Below are positions 9,000-17,810 of a stretch of DNA of 64,000 nt, piece by piece. The position numbers and the translations under genes were made by a program. Under the pieces are notes generated by a model, which had not been told where the DNA came from, did not search any database, and was given only the letters and a program-made list of their open reading frames with translations. The stretch is from a virus. Lineage: Duplodnaviria > Caudoviricetes. Position 1 is the stretch's first letter. Each line of letters begins with the position of its first letter. The DNA lies in IMG/VR virus record IMGVR_UViG_2788500332_000005, positions 3,633-67,632 of that record. The stretch is one strand, 5' to 3'.

Positions 9000-9569
9000 A
9001 TGGCAAATCGGCGGAACGTGCAAGTTATGCTACCGGCCGTGTTCGACACCGGCGCGGCGAAGGTCGATGCCGAGGATCGGGCCGACGGTTCGAGGCTCTA
9101 CACCCGGCGGGCCGACGGCCGGAAATTCGCGTCCCATCTCACCGACCAGCACGCCAACCGCACCGGCTGCCTTCAGACCCTGCCCTCGCCCATCGAGGTC
9201 GCCGTCAGGCGCGAGACCATCACCCTCGCTCAGTATGCCGCTGCCGAGCAATATCGGCGCGACTACCTGATCGCCTTCTCCGGCACGCTCAAGTCGCCGG
9301 ATTTCGCCGGCAGCGGCGTGCGCACCAACCCGGCCGACAACTGGCGCATCCGCGATAGCCAAGCCATGGCCCGCCACCACTGGCGCGTCGCCACGGCTCT
9401 CATCACCAAGCAACTTGGCTCGGGCTACGTCGATCTGCTCACCAGCATCGTGGTCGACGAGGTGCCGGCCAACCGCGTCGCCAAGCGGCTCAAGCTGCCC
9501 GGGCGCGTCGGGATCCGCATGCTGCGGGAAGTGCTCGATGTGCTCGTAACCCATTACAGCGCCCAATAA
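9000..9569 (+). CDS. DUF6456-like late-gene regulator (Q-like position)
   Basis: AAEQYRRDY...IVVDE...VAKRL...LREVLDVLVTHY pattern. Confidence 0.6.
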   Translation: MANRRNVQVMLPAVFDTGAAKVDAEDRADGSRLYTRRADGRKFASHLTDQHANRTGCLQTLPSPIEVAVRRETITLAQYAAAEQYRRDYLIAFSGTLKSPDFAGSGVRTNPADNWRIRDSQAMARHHWRVATALITKQLGSGYVDLLTSIVVDEVPANRVAKRLKLPGRVGIRMLREVLDVLVTHYSAQ

Positions 9570-9597
9570 AACGCGCGCGCGAAGGAGGGAAACAACC

Positions 9598-9699
9598 ATG
9601 TGGGACACAGGCATTTTTAAGGAACTGGTTGGGATAGTGGTCTTCATCGCCGCCGTGGCCTTGATGCTCGGCATGGTTGTCGGCGTGGTTGTCGGTTGA
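9598..9699 (+). CDS. 33-aa membrane peptide
   Basis: Strong GGAGG SD; single hydrophobic helix. Confidence 0.5.
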   Translation: MWDTGIFKELVGIVVFIAAVALMLGMVVGVVVG

Positions 9700-9703
9700 T
9701 GCC

Positions 9704-10048
9704 ATGAGCGACAAACCTGAAACCATCTGCGTCGGCCTCTCCTTGGAGCCGCCGCCCGCCGCATTCAAGCTCGTTGTCAGCCGGCAGATGATCGGCGCTA
9801 TTGCGCGGGCTTTCGGGGTGAGCGAGGAGGCCGCCAAGCGAATGATAGACCCCGCTATCATAGCGGTTAAAGAGCCCATCTCCTTCCGCGATCTCTATGT
9901 GCGCCCATCCGGCAAAGATATTTCGGGGCCGCCGGAGATTCCGCTCGATCTGCCGCTCAAGAAAGCCCGCAATCTCAGGGATGCGACACCATGGACGCAT
10001 AAACGGCAGCCATGGCAGGCGCACCGGTCGAAGCGAGGGAAAAGATGA
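9704..10048 (+). CDS. hypothetical protein
   Basis: Coupled ORF; basic C-terminus. Confidence 0.55.
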   Translation: MSDKPETICVGLSLEPPPAAFKLVVSRQMIGAIARAFGVSEEAAKRMIDPAIIAVKEPISFRDLYVRPSGKDISGPPEIPLDLPLKKARNLRDATPWTHKRQPWQAHRSKRGKR

Positions 10049-10417
10049 CGATCGCTGTCCTCGCTCTCGCCACCATCACCGGCTTCTTGTTCGGTCGCTG
10101 GCTCGATCGCAACACGAGGGATAGACCGGAATGAGTGGGGATGCCGCCAAGGGGGTGTTACCCTCGGATCGCCCGCCGGCACTGGTCGAGTATTTCGAGC
10201 GCTGCGTCGTCTCCCGCGCCCTGGCGGATCTCTCCGACCGTCAGGCCGAGGATCGCCGTCGCAATCTCTGCCGGATGCCAGCCGGCGCCGATCGCGCGGT
10301 TGCGCAGGTCGGTCAGGGCGGGCTCGATCGCGTCCTGACATGCGTCGTCGCGGTCCTCGTCGCTCGCACTGCCCGGCGGCGGCGCGATTGATAGCCTGGA
10401 AATGATAGACTCTCGTC

Positions 10418-10600
10418 ATGCCGAAGATCCCGGAAAACGAGCAATGCACCGATATCGAAAGCGGACCGCCAGGTGGTGAGAGCCGCGATCTGGCGTGGGC
10501 AGAGCTCAAAAAGAAACTGTCACCAGCCATGCGGGCCGACGACAGCGAATTCACGGGCGTCTCAGCCGAGGACGTCATTCGCCGCAATCGGCAGCGCTGA
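10418..10600 (+). CDS. small protein resembling the C-terminal part of ParD-like antitoxins
   Basis: WAELKKKLSPAMRADDSEFTGVSAEDVIRRNR. Confidence 0.4.
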   Translation: MPKIPENEQCTDIESGPPGGESRDLAWAELKKKLSPAMRADDSEFTGVSAEDVIRRNRQR

Positions 10601-10602
10601 TA

Positions 10603-10630
10603 GAACAGAAAGCCCCGCCGAAGCGGGGCT
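10603..10630 (-). terminator. rho-independent terminator of the Y-RNA/rsr transcript
   Basis: AGCCCCGC-TTCG-GCGGGGCT followed by TTCTGTTCT on the minus strand. Confidence 0.75.
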
Positions 10631-10679
10631 CCCTACTGCATCGCCGGGATACTAGGGGTTTCCATCAGCTTCAGGGCAA

Positions 10680-11102
10680 TCACCTCCTCTCTTCCGTCGG
10701 CGAATATGTCCCCAGAGATAGAACTTGCGGCGTCTTGCCCTTGCGCCAGTAGATCGCCAGGAGCTCGGTGAGCTCGTCGGCGCGCTGGATGGCCTGCTCA
10801 ATCGTCTCGGCGACCAAGGCACCATTGCCGCGCTTGATCAGGCCACAGAGCAGAAGGAGCGGAACGTGACGGAGGCCGCTGGAACGCGCCTCGCGAGCGA
10901 GGTTCGACACCAAGAACGGCGGCACCTCGCCGCACAGGCGCTCAATGCGGCCGGCGATGTCCTCGCCGTCCTCGTAGAATTCACGCTCCCAGAGCAGGCA
11001 CGACATGACCGAGCGGCGAAGCGCCTGCTCCGGTGTCATGCGCGCGGCCGGCGCGCCCTCGTGGGTGGTCTCGGTGAACTTGGGCTTGGTATTGAGCTTC
11101 AT
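10680..11102 (-). pseudogene. rsr: Ro60/Rsr TROVE-domain protein, N-terminal fragment of about 125 aa
   Basis: THEGAPA...LRRSVMSCLLWEREFYEDG...LRHVPLLL...IQRADELTELLAIYW match the bacterial TROVE N-terminus; similarity is lost after GKTP and the ORF stops at 140 aa (full proteins are about 500 aa). Confidence 0.85.
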
Positions 11103-11139
11103 GGCAACCCTCAGGGGAGAGAGCCAGAAGCGGGGCAGT

Positions 11140-11277
11140 GCGGAACAGGAGATCAGGCGAAAGCGGGCTTTTGGGGTCTTTGCTTTACCACTAAGCTACC
11201 GAGGCGAACCTCAGGCGGGATTCGAACCCGCGATACAAGGCTTATGAAGTAACCGCCGTCTACGCTACCTATTCCGC
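11140..11277 (-). ncRNA. yrlA: YrlA-like Y RNA with a permuted tRNA-like domain (copy 1)
   Basis: Terminal stem GCGGAATAGG/CCTGTTCCGC; GTAGCGTAG...CGGTTACTTC; T-arm GCGGGTTCGAATCCCGC precedes D-arm GCTTAGTGGTAAAGC; GCCTGATCTCC near the 3' end. Confidence 0.85.
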
Positions 11278-11316
11278 GCTACCCCGCTGGTCTGGCAGGG
11301 CCTGAAGCGAAGCAGA

Positions 11317-11452
11317 GCGAATGTGGAGATCAGGCGAGATCGGTGTTTAGCATCCTAACCACTAGACGATTAGCCCGAAGGCTAAGGTGGATTCGAACCA
11401 CCGTCTCTCTCTTGGAAGGAGAAGTAACCGATCTCTACGCTACCACATTCGC
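11317..11452 (-). ncRNA. yrlA: YrlA-like Y RNA with a permuted tRNA-like domain (copy 2)
   Basis: Terminal stem GCGAATGTGG/CCACATTCGC; same GTAGCGTAG/CGGTTACTTC/GCCTGATCTCC motifs; T-arm GGTGGTTCGAATCCACC then D-arm GTCTAGTGGTTAGGAT. Confidence 0.85.
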
Positions 11453-11456
11453 ACTG

Positions 11457-11522
11457 CTACCTGAGAACAGGCGCCCACGGTGTTTCGTTCCAAGAAGTAA
11501 CCGTGAGCTACGCTACAGGCAG
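11457..11522 (-). ncRNA. short Y-RNA-like gene without the tRNA module
   Basis: CTGCCTG/CAGGTAG stem with GTAGCGTAG, CGGTTACTTC and GCCTGTTCTC motifs shared with the two YrlA copies. Confidence 0.7.
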
Positions 11523-11529
11523 GAGTGCG

Positions 11530-11601
11530 TTCGGGGGAATAAGCGGAAGCGGCGTCTTTTGCGTTACAGAAGCGAAGTAACCGCTACCAGCGCCACCTGA
11601 A
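11530..11601 (-). ncRNA. short Y-RNA-like gene, more divergent
   Basis: GGTGGCGCTGGTAGCGGTTACTTC...CCGCTTATTCC; starts just after the predicted transcription start. Confidence 0.6.
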
Positions 11602-11602
11602 C

Positions 11603-11658
11603 ATCATTTTTATGAGATATTAGCCTGATCATGTCAAGCGTAATCTCATAAAAATGAT
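11603..11658 (-). promoter_or_regulatory. sigma70-like promoter of the Y-RNA/rsr operon flanked by two operators
   Basis: TTGACA (11637-11632), N17, CATAAA; operators at 11603-11616 and 11645-11658. Confidence 0.65.
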
Positions 11659-11661
11659 AAT

Positions 11662-12177
11662 TCACCCGGCGAGAAAATAGCCCATGGCGTTCATCGCCTC
11701 GCCGAGCCGGCGCGCCTGCTTCTGGGCTGAGGCGTCGATTGCCTCGCAGGCTCGATGCCTCAGCAGGTCGAACGTGTTGTCGTTCCAGCGCATCAGCTTG
11801 GTGATCGCCCTGTCGGCCTGGCTGCCCTGCCACAGGTCGACGAGGCCATCATCGAGGACGCCGGCAAGCCACCAGCTGATGGCGCGCATCGCCTTCGCCG
11901 CAGGCTGGTTGTCGAGCTCGAACAGGGCCGCGTCGGAGACCCGATCGAGCCAGCGGACGGCCGACCGGTTCTGAGCCGCGTTGAGGGGAGACAGGGCCTC
12001 GTCGATGGCAAAGGCGAGATCGACGCGCACCTGGAGCAGCTCCTCGTAGGCGCCGACGTCGGTGATGTTGCCGACGCTGTCGAAGCAGGAGAAGGTCTTG
12101 CCGTTCGCCACAGCCAGGAACAGCCGCGGCGGAATGGCGAGCTCGATGCAGGGGCGGGTGTCAGCCATTGGCGGCAC
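11662..12177 (-). CDS. hypothetical protein
   Basis: 171-aa ORF in the leftward operon. Confidence 0.65.
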   Translation of the reverse strand: MPPMADTRPCIELAIPPRLFLAVANGKTFSCFDSVGNITDVGAYEELLQVRVDLAFAIDEALSPLNAAQNRSAVRWLDRVSDAALFELDNQPAAKAMRAISWWLAGVLDDGLVDLWQGSQADRAITKLMRWNDNTFDLLRHRACEAIDASAQKQARRLGEAMNAMGYFLAG

Positions 12178-12565
12178 CGTCCGCGATGGCTTTCACCGCC
12201 TCCAGAATCTCGTGCGCCTCGGCGACCGACCGGATCTCGGCCGTGTGATATTGCTTACCGATCCGGCGCGAGATCTCGGCGTAAAGGTGCCCCCGCCGCC
12301 ACTTGCCCGACTGCCAGAGCGGGTCGACGAGCCGGTGGATCTTCTGCCGCTCCGCCTTGATCGCCGCCGTCGGGATTACCCCGAGCGGCTTGGTGGGCGT
12401 CGTGGTCTTGTGGTGGCAACCGACGTAGTTGCCGCACGCATCGCATTTCCAGAACGGCAGCTGGTAGAGGTCCGGCCGGTGGCGGTAGATCTCGAACCCG
12501 TTTGTGAGGCGCGCGTCGACGCCGCGGCCGCAGCCGCAGCAGTAAATCGAGCGGGTATCAGCCAT
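12161..12565 (-). CDS. DUF3268-like zinc-finger protein
   Basis: CCGC...IYRHRPDL...WKCDACGNYVGCH...PLG...IHRLVDPLW. Confidence 0.8.
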   Translation of the reverse strand: MADTRSIYCCGCGRGVDARLTNGFEIYRHRPDLYQLPFWKCDACGNYVGCHHKTTTPTKPLGVIPTAAIKAERQKIHRLVDPLWQSGKWRRGHLYAEISRRIGKQYHTAEIRSVAEAHEILEAVKAIADGAANG

Positions 12566-13214
12566 TGGAGCCCCCACTGATCTCGTCGAAGGTGTAAGCG
12601 GCGACCCACGGATTGGCCGCCCACGCACCGCTGCCGTTGATCACGTCCCAGAGCGCGGCGTACATCTCGCGGGCAGTCGGGCGCGCCAGATAGGGGAAGT
12701 CCCGGTTTGGGTGGTCGACGCCGGGAACACAGAAGCCGCCGTTCGGACGCGGCGCAACGCCCTCTGCTATCGCGTCATCCTCGCTGATATCCCGAAGCCG
12801 CTCCACGCGGACATCAGTCACCAGCAAGGTCAGGCGCGAGACCCAGCGCGGCATATGGATCGGCGGCACCGTAGCGCCACGCTTGCCGCGATAGGCGAAA
12901 AGATCACCCCAACGATCGGCGGCCCAATCACTGTTCTCGATCGGCCTGAAAGCGCCGTCGGCGAGGTACCGGACGCCGTCGGTGCCGTCCTCCAGTTCCT
13001 CGGCGCGCACGGTCTCGCGCACCCAGAGGCGATCGCCGACGGCGAATTTGGTCGGCGGCGCACGGTAGACGCCGTCGGCGTGCTGCGTAACCGCCCGGCC
13101 ATGGGAAACCGAAATCAGCGGGCGCGGCGGCATCACCCTACGCGTCTGCGTCTTCCGGCCGGCGATGATGGCGCGCACCATCGGTGCCGAAAAGAGGATG
13201 GGCCGGTCAACCAT
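12558..13214 (-). CDS. ASCH/PUA-like phage protein
   Basis: RPILFSAPMVRAIIAGRKTQTRR...GDRLWVRET...IHMPRWVSRL...NPWV. Confidence 0.75.
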   Translation of the reverse strand: MVDRPILFSAPMVRAIIAGRKTQTRRVMPPRPLISVSHGRAVTQHADGVYRAPPTKFAVGDRLWVRETVRAEELEDGTDGVRYLADGAFRPIENSDWAADRWGDLFAYRGKRGATVPPIHMPRWVSRLTLLVTDVRVERLRDISEDDAIAEGVAPRPNGGFCVPGVDHPNRDFPYLARPTAREMYAALWDVINGSGAWAANPWVAAYTFDEISGGSNG

Positions 13215-14085
13215 TGTAGCCTCCGATCACCGGGAACTGGCGAACGCGGAGGTCGTCCGGCCACTCTGAGGGGCTGGCGCCGGCGCGGTCGTGAATGAAC
13301 GCCTTGTCCAGCGGCAGGAGGCCCGTCGGGCTGCTACCGAGCTGCTTGATGAACACGGCGACACCATAGAACCGGCAGATGCCGATTGCCGATCTGGCCC
13401 AATTGACGAAGAACGGGCGCGCGGTCGCGCCACCTTGCGAGCTTTCACCGCCGACGATGAGCCAATCGATACCCGGCTCGTCGTCGAGAATGTCGTCGGT
13501 ACCGCCCGCCGCGTTGTAGATTGGCCCACCGGGTTTCGGCAGCCACGGCGACCAGTCGACCTCCCCAAGTCCCGGCTCATAGCTGACACCGATCTTCGAC
13601 ACGATGCCGGCCCGCTTCAGGCGTACCAGCTTGCCCATATCCCGGTTCGCCTCGGGCTGGTCCACGATCGTGGAAAGGATGATGACGTTCGGCGGAAAAC
13701 CACCGGCCGGTGCCATCTTGGCGACGTTGCCGACGCGCTTGGTGACGAGGATCCAATCAAGAGCGGGCGTCTCGGCGATGAGCTGCCACAGATCCTCGCG
13801 CCACTCGGCCGGCACCTCGTTGTCGAACACGTCGGCCAAGCTGGCGCAGAAGACGCGCGTCCGCCGGCCAGTTGCCGCAGCCTCGCGGTTCCAACGCCGG
13901 ACCCGGTTCCAGTTCTGGACGCTGGTGCGCCGGCGCGGCGCGCCCGGTCCCCAATGGACGCCGTCGCTGAAGCGACAATCCCAAGCCTCGGCGTAGCAAT
14001 GCTCGCACCCAGGAGAGACCTTGGTGCATCCGATCCAAGGGTTAAACGTGTGGTGGCAATAGGGGATGTTGCTGTTCTCACCCAC
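13207..14085 (-). CDS. DUF5131 (phage Gp37/Gp68) radical-SAM-like protein
   Basis: TFNPWIGCTKVSPGCEHCYA (CX5CX2C), VFCASLADVF, WLIVGGES. Confidence 0.9.
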   Translation of the reverse strand: MGENSNIPYCHHTFNPWIGCTKVSPGCEHCYAEAWDCRFSDGVHWGPGAPRRRTSVQNWNRVRRWNREAAATGRRTRVFCASLADVFDNEVPAEWREDLWQLIAETPALDWILVTKRVGNVAKMAPAGGFPPNVIILSTIVDQPEANRDMGKLVRLKRAGIVSKIGVSYEPGLGEVDWSPWLPKPGGPIYNAAGGTDDILDDEPGIDWLIVGGESSQGGATARPFFVNWARSAIGICRFYGVAVFIKQLGSSPTGLLPLDKAFIHDRAGASPSEWPDDLRVRQFPVIGGYNG

Positions 14086-14386
14086 GGCGCGCCCCTCCGA
14101 GATCGTTCCAAAGGTGGTGGCGACCGGCAGCCGTGATGGCATAGCCGCTGCCGGCGGGCTCGCCTTCGTCCGTCCAGAGGGCGCGGTGGTACTCGACGAA
14201 CCCCAGCCCGCGCATGTCCCGGCAGACGGCACGCGCCATTTCCTTGGTGCAACCAGGCGCAACCAAGGCGCTGAGATGCCAAGCGACGAAATCGGGGCCA
14301 TCACCACCCGGCAAACTGTCGAGCGTCATCAGGATGTGCCTGCGGAGCGCGAGCTCGGCCTGTTCGAGGGGGGGCAGCTCACCCAT
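14078..14386 (-). CDS. hypothetical protein (possible wHTH)
   Basis: Coupled ORF, 102 aa. Confidence 0.55.
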   Translation of the reverse strand: MGELPPLEQAELALRRHILMTLDSLPGGDGPDFVAWHLSALVAPGCTKEMARAVCRDMRGLGFVEYHRALWTDEGEPAGSGYAITAAGRHHLWNDLGGARRG

Positions 14387-15212
14387 GGCGCGCCTCCGTC
14401 TCGTAGGCGGCGAGCGCGGTGCTGGCGCGATGGAAGTATTCGGCGCATGTTGTGACGGTCACATGCCCCGCCTCCGCCTTGATCACTCCCTCCGAGGCAA
14501 TTAGGGCGAAAGGCCGTAGCGCCTCGGCCATCTGCGCATAGACGCGCGCCCTCGTGGCAGCGGCGAACACGGCTGCGTTGGTGTCGCGAAGCATTTCTTC
14601 CGCCATCTGCTTCAGGCCGGCGGCCGGTACGTCGACAGTCGGGGCAGCTGCCGGTTTGCGAACCTCGGCCATCGAGTCGATATGACCCGGCGCCGTCGCG
14701 GGATCGAAAGGCTTGATGTCTTTGTACCGGCCATCCTCGAATTCGTCCGGGAAGCGCCACCAAAGCTTGCCGTCTTCCTGAGAGCGGTAGAAGGTGAGTT
14801 GCGTACCATCCATCACAGGACGGATGGTCTCCATTTGCCCCGTGAAGGTGTTCTGGACCTCGTCGCCCGTACTCACCTGACCTTCTGCAACGCCGATGAC
14901 CTCGTAGGTGCTGCCGCGCTTCTTGTGGAGGACGATGCGCACAGGAGCGGCGGCCGGCGCCGGCGGTGCCGGGGCGTCGACAAGCGCCGACCTGATGCGC
15001 TGCTCGTAGTCGGCCTGAGCGGCGTCCTTGGCGGCTTCGGCGGAAGCGAACGTCTTGACGAAATAGCCGTTCCTTTCCAAATGCTCGCCTCGAACTCCAT
15101 AGCTCCCCACAACCGTGCGGACTTCGAAAGCCACGCCGTCCTCATCGCTGAGATCGGCCCACTTCAGCGGCTTTACCTTCACGGCCGGCGCCGCCTTGGG
15201 AAGGTTGGTCAT
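14379..15212 (-). CDS. hypothetical protein
   Basis: 277-aa coupled ORF; contains HKKRGSTYEVIG. Confidence 0.65.
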   Translation of the reverse strand: MTNLPKAAPAVKVKPLKWADLSDEDGVAFEVRTVVGSYGVRGEHLERNGYFVKTFASAEAAKDAAQADYEQRIRSALVDAPAPPAPAAAPVRIVLHKKRGSTYEVIGVAEGQVSTGDEVQNTFTGQMETIRPVMDGTQLTFYRSQEDGKLWWRFPDEFEDGRYKDIKPFDPATAPGHIDSMAEVRKPAAAPTVDVPAAGLKQMAEEMLRDTNAAVFAAATRARVYAQMAEALRPFALIASEGVIKAEAGHVTVTTCAEYFHRASTALAAYETEARHG

Positions 15213-15667
15213 TTTAGCTGTTCCTTTTCGGCAAGGGCACGGATAGCCGCGGCGTAGACGAGGCCTTCGCGATCGCCATCAAAGCGCTTGATGAGGACCG
15301 GGCCGGTGCTGGTGTGCTGGACGCTGTGCTGGGCAATCAGCGCTTCCGCTTCTTTCAGCGCCTTTAGGCGGGCCGAGGCCGCAGCCGCAGCAACGCGCTG
15401 CAAGGCTTCGAGTTCGCCAGTATTCGGATCGGCGTTCTCCGCCTCCAGGGCTCGGATGTGAGCGATCAACGCGAGCGTCGTCGGCGGATCCATGCGGGCG
15501 ATGTGACGGGCATCATCTTCATCGTGCCCGCCTTCATCGTAGATGAGACAGCTATTCGGGCTATCGACGTAGCAACCATCGGCAGCCCACGGCCCTCCCG
15601 TCGCCGCCTTGGCTTTCGCTTCGATTTCGGTCATGAGCGCGGCAGTAACCTCGATCCTGTCAGCCAT
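15209..15667 (-). CDS. Ead/Ea22-like protein
   Basis: IEAKAKAATGGPW...DARHIARMDPPTTLALI. Confidence 0.7.
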   Translation of the reverse strand: MADRIEVTAALMTEIEAKAKAATGGPWAADGCYVDSPNSCLIYDEGGHDEDDARHIARMDPPTTLALIAHIRALEAENADPNTGELEALQRVAAAAASARLKALKEAEALIAQHSVQHTSTGPVLIKRFDGDREGLVYAAAIRALAEKEQLK

Positions 15668-16001
15668 TGGCGGTATCCTTCAGGGCATCGGAGAGCGTCT
15701 GGAGAGGATCCTTCGTCCGCACGGTCTCGCCCTTCTTGATCGAGATGGCGGCCCCGTAGCGATCGAGCAGCGCTTGCGCCGTCTCCTGCCACGATCCGGA
15801 TATCTGGGTCGGCATGTCGGGCACCTGCTCCAGCACTAGGCGTTTCATCTCCGCGCTCTCGCTCGGAATCTCGTGCGTCCAGATCGGGCGCCCCATCACG
15901 AACTCCATGGCCTCATGGACTTGGCCGAAGTCCTCCAGCAGGAGGACGCCGGTCGTGATCGAGCCGATGATGCGGGGATCGAAGTCGCGGGTCTCAGCCA
16001 T
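15660..16001 (-). CDS. conserved phage hypothetical protein
   Basis: 113-aa coupled ORF. Confidence 0.6.
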   Translation of the reverse strand: MAETRDFDPRIIGSITTGVLLLEDFGQVHEAMEFVMGRPIWTHEIPSESAEMKRLVLEQVPDMPTQISGSWQETAQALLDRYGAAISIKKGETVRTKDPLQTLSDALKDTANG

Positions 16002-16233
16002 TGCCAGACTCCCGCGCCGTCAGCATGGCATCGGCAAGCTCATAGGCGCGCTTCGCCACGATATCGCTCGGGGTCCGGCTTTCCCCTTCGCTGGCGACGA
16101 TCCCGCCCACCGCCTGCCCGGCGAACCAGTCGCGGAGCGACATTCCATCCTGTGCCGGCGACCATTCGCCTGTAGTAGCGTGCTCGAAGTAGGCGCGCGC
16201 GAATGCCGGGCCGCCGTTGTCCACGTTAGGCAT
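15994..16233 (-). CDS. conserved phage hypothetical protein
   Basis: GGPAF...GMSLRDWFAGQA...AYELADAML motif common in phage early regions. Confidence 0.75.
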   Translation of the reverse strand: MPNVDNGGPAFARAYFEHATTGEWSPAQDGMSLRDWFAGQAVGGIVASEGESRTPSDIVAKRAYELADAMLTARESGNG

Positions 16234-16492
16234 TGGCGCCCTCCCCGACGGCGAAGGTCAGCATCTTCAGCTTGCTGATCTGCTGTTTGAGCGAGGCGAT
16301 CTTCTTGACCCGCATCGCTTCGGCAACCTGGAAAGCCTGCTCCCTGGTACGGCACCAATCGCGGCCCTCACCGTGGTAATATTCAGCGAAGCTGCCCGGT
16401 TTGCGCACGACGGCAAAACCGTTGTCGTCGACATCGGCCTCAGCCTCGAGCACGCCGCGCGAGAGCGCGTATTTGCTGATGTAGATCTTCAT
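16226..16492 (-). CDS. hypothetical protein
   Basis: Start re-called at MKIYISKYAL; 88 aa. Confidence 0.65.
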   Translation of the reverse strand: MKIYISKYALSRGVLEAEADVDDNGFAVVRKPGSFAEYYHGEGRDWCRTREQAFQVAEAMRVKKIASLKQQISKLKMLTFAVGEGANA

Positions 16493-16641
16493 TTCTGGTC
16501 TTCCTCCTGCTCGGCGGCAGGCAGCCAGAAACCGTCCTTCCGCTCCGTGAGCTGGCGCAGCCGGCGCGCCTGGTCGAAGGCGACAGCCGACAGGCCGATG
16601 ATGATGGCCGATGCGATGATCAGGGCTGCGGTCAAATCCAC
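16489..16641 (-). CDS. small membrane protein
   Basis: GTG start, N-terminal hydrophobic helix, coupled to its neighbours. Confidence 0.45.
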   Translation of the reverse strand: MDLTAALIIASAIIIGLSAVAFDQARRLRQLTERKDGFWLPAAEQEEDQK

Positions 16642-16809
16642 CTCCCGATGAGGAAGCAGAGCGCGACAGCCAGCAGGCCGATGGCGACAAAGCCGGCCTC
16701 GTCAGGGCCGAACTGGTGAAGACACTGCTGGTCCGGCCGGCAAGTATCATCGATCGATATGATCGAGGTGGTGTTGGTCATGGATGCGTCCCTCTTTCGC
16801 ATCTAAATT

Positions 16810-16832
16810 ATCATTATTATGATATTTTGCAA
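16810..16832 (-). promoter_or_regulatory. operator plus TTGCAA -35 element for the leftward operon
   Basis: ATTATCATTATTATGATATTTTGCAAGC; nearly identical to 24232-24259. Confidence 0.7.
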
Positions 16833-16945
16833 GCCAAAACGCGCCAAAATGACATATCTTTAATCTGCGCGAATTCGATTTCCAGGCCCTTGAAAGCAAG
16901 GGACTGTCGTCATATCTTCTTATTTATTGAAGAAATGGAGGCGAC

Positions 16946-17284
16946 ATGGCTCGTACACCCAATACCGACCTGACGCTCTTGGAACAGCAAGTGATGCTGG
17001 CGGCGCTGAGGCTTCATCCGCGCGGATATGGCGTCACCATCCAGGAGGAAATTGAAAGCCGGGCTAAACGCTCGATGTCCCTTGGCTCCATCTACGCAGC
17101 GCTCAGTCGCCTGGAGCAGAAGGGGTTCATGGAAACGAAGGAAGGCGAAGCCACCCAGGAACGTGGCGGCCGCCGTAAAACCTACTTTACGCTAACCGGC
17201 GTTGGCCGCAGGGCGCTTGACGAAAGCATGAATGCCATCGATAGACTTCGCCACGATCTTCCCATTGGGGAGGTCGCACGATGA
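16946..17284 (+). CDS. PadR-family transcriptional regulator
   Basis: GYGVTIQEEI...SLGSIYAALSRLEQKGF...GGRRKTYFTLTGVGRRAL. Confidence 0.9.
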   Translation: MARTPNTDLTLLEQQVMLAALRLHPRGYGVTIQEEIESRAKRSMSLGSIYAALSRLEQKGFMETKEGEATQERGGRRKTYFTLTGVGRRALDESMNAIDRLRHDLPIGEVAR

Positions 17285-17787
17285 GCACTAAGAATAAAGT
17301 TAATCCTCGTGAATTAGGCCCGAAGCATGAGTTGGGCGGAGTATCAACAATTGGCAAAATGACCAGTGGCCACAAAATTGAAACGGTTTTATTTAACGGA
17401 ACTGTCGAGTTTGTTGAAGTAGAGAGAATAAATCCAAGAGATATAGATAAAATATTCGCAAAAAAAAGAAAAGAACACAGAAGATTAATAAATACTATTA
17501 AACAATTAGAGGAGCTAGAGAGAAATGATACAAAACTATCTGAAGAAATAAAGAACCACCCCCCTTCATGGGCAGAAAAAATTCTGTGCATCATCACCCC
17601 GCATGAAAAATGCGATGCTGTTTTAGGCGACTTTAGCGAACTGTACCAGAAGCATATCGAGAAATATGGGGTGAAGCGCGCCCGCTACATGTATTCCAGC
17701 CAGGTCATCAGGTCCGCCGGCCCACTCCTGTGGGTCGCCATTAAGCGGTTGGCTTTGGTTCTGGTCGGCTGGAAGCTTACTGGCTGA
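17281..17787 (+). CDS. AT-rich membrane-anchored protein with a permease-prefix-like domain
   Basis: PPSWAEKIL...LGDFSELY motif and C-terminal hydrophobic helix; the N-terminal half is markedly AT-rich. Confidence 0.6.
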   Translation: MSTKNKVNPRELGPKHELGGVSTIGKMTSGHKIETVLFNGTVEFVEVERINPRDIDKIFAKKRKEHRRLINTIKQLEELERNDTKLSEEIKNHPPSWAEKILCIITPHEKCDAVLGDFSELYQKHIEKYGVKRARYMYSSQVIRSAGPLLWVAIKRLALVLVGWKLTG

Positions 17788-17810
17788 TGGCGCCACTTTG
17801 GCAATGCCAT

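Noticed and set aside
11140-11452. Two canonical tRNA genes (GGTTCGAATCC T-loops)
   Set aside because: The T-arm precedes the D-arm, there is no anticodon loop or CCA end, and both are embedded in Y-RNA stems.
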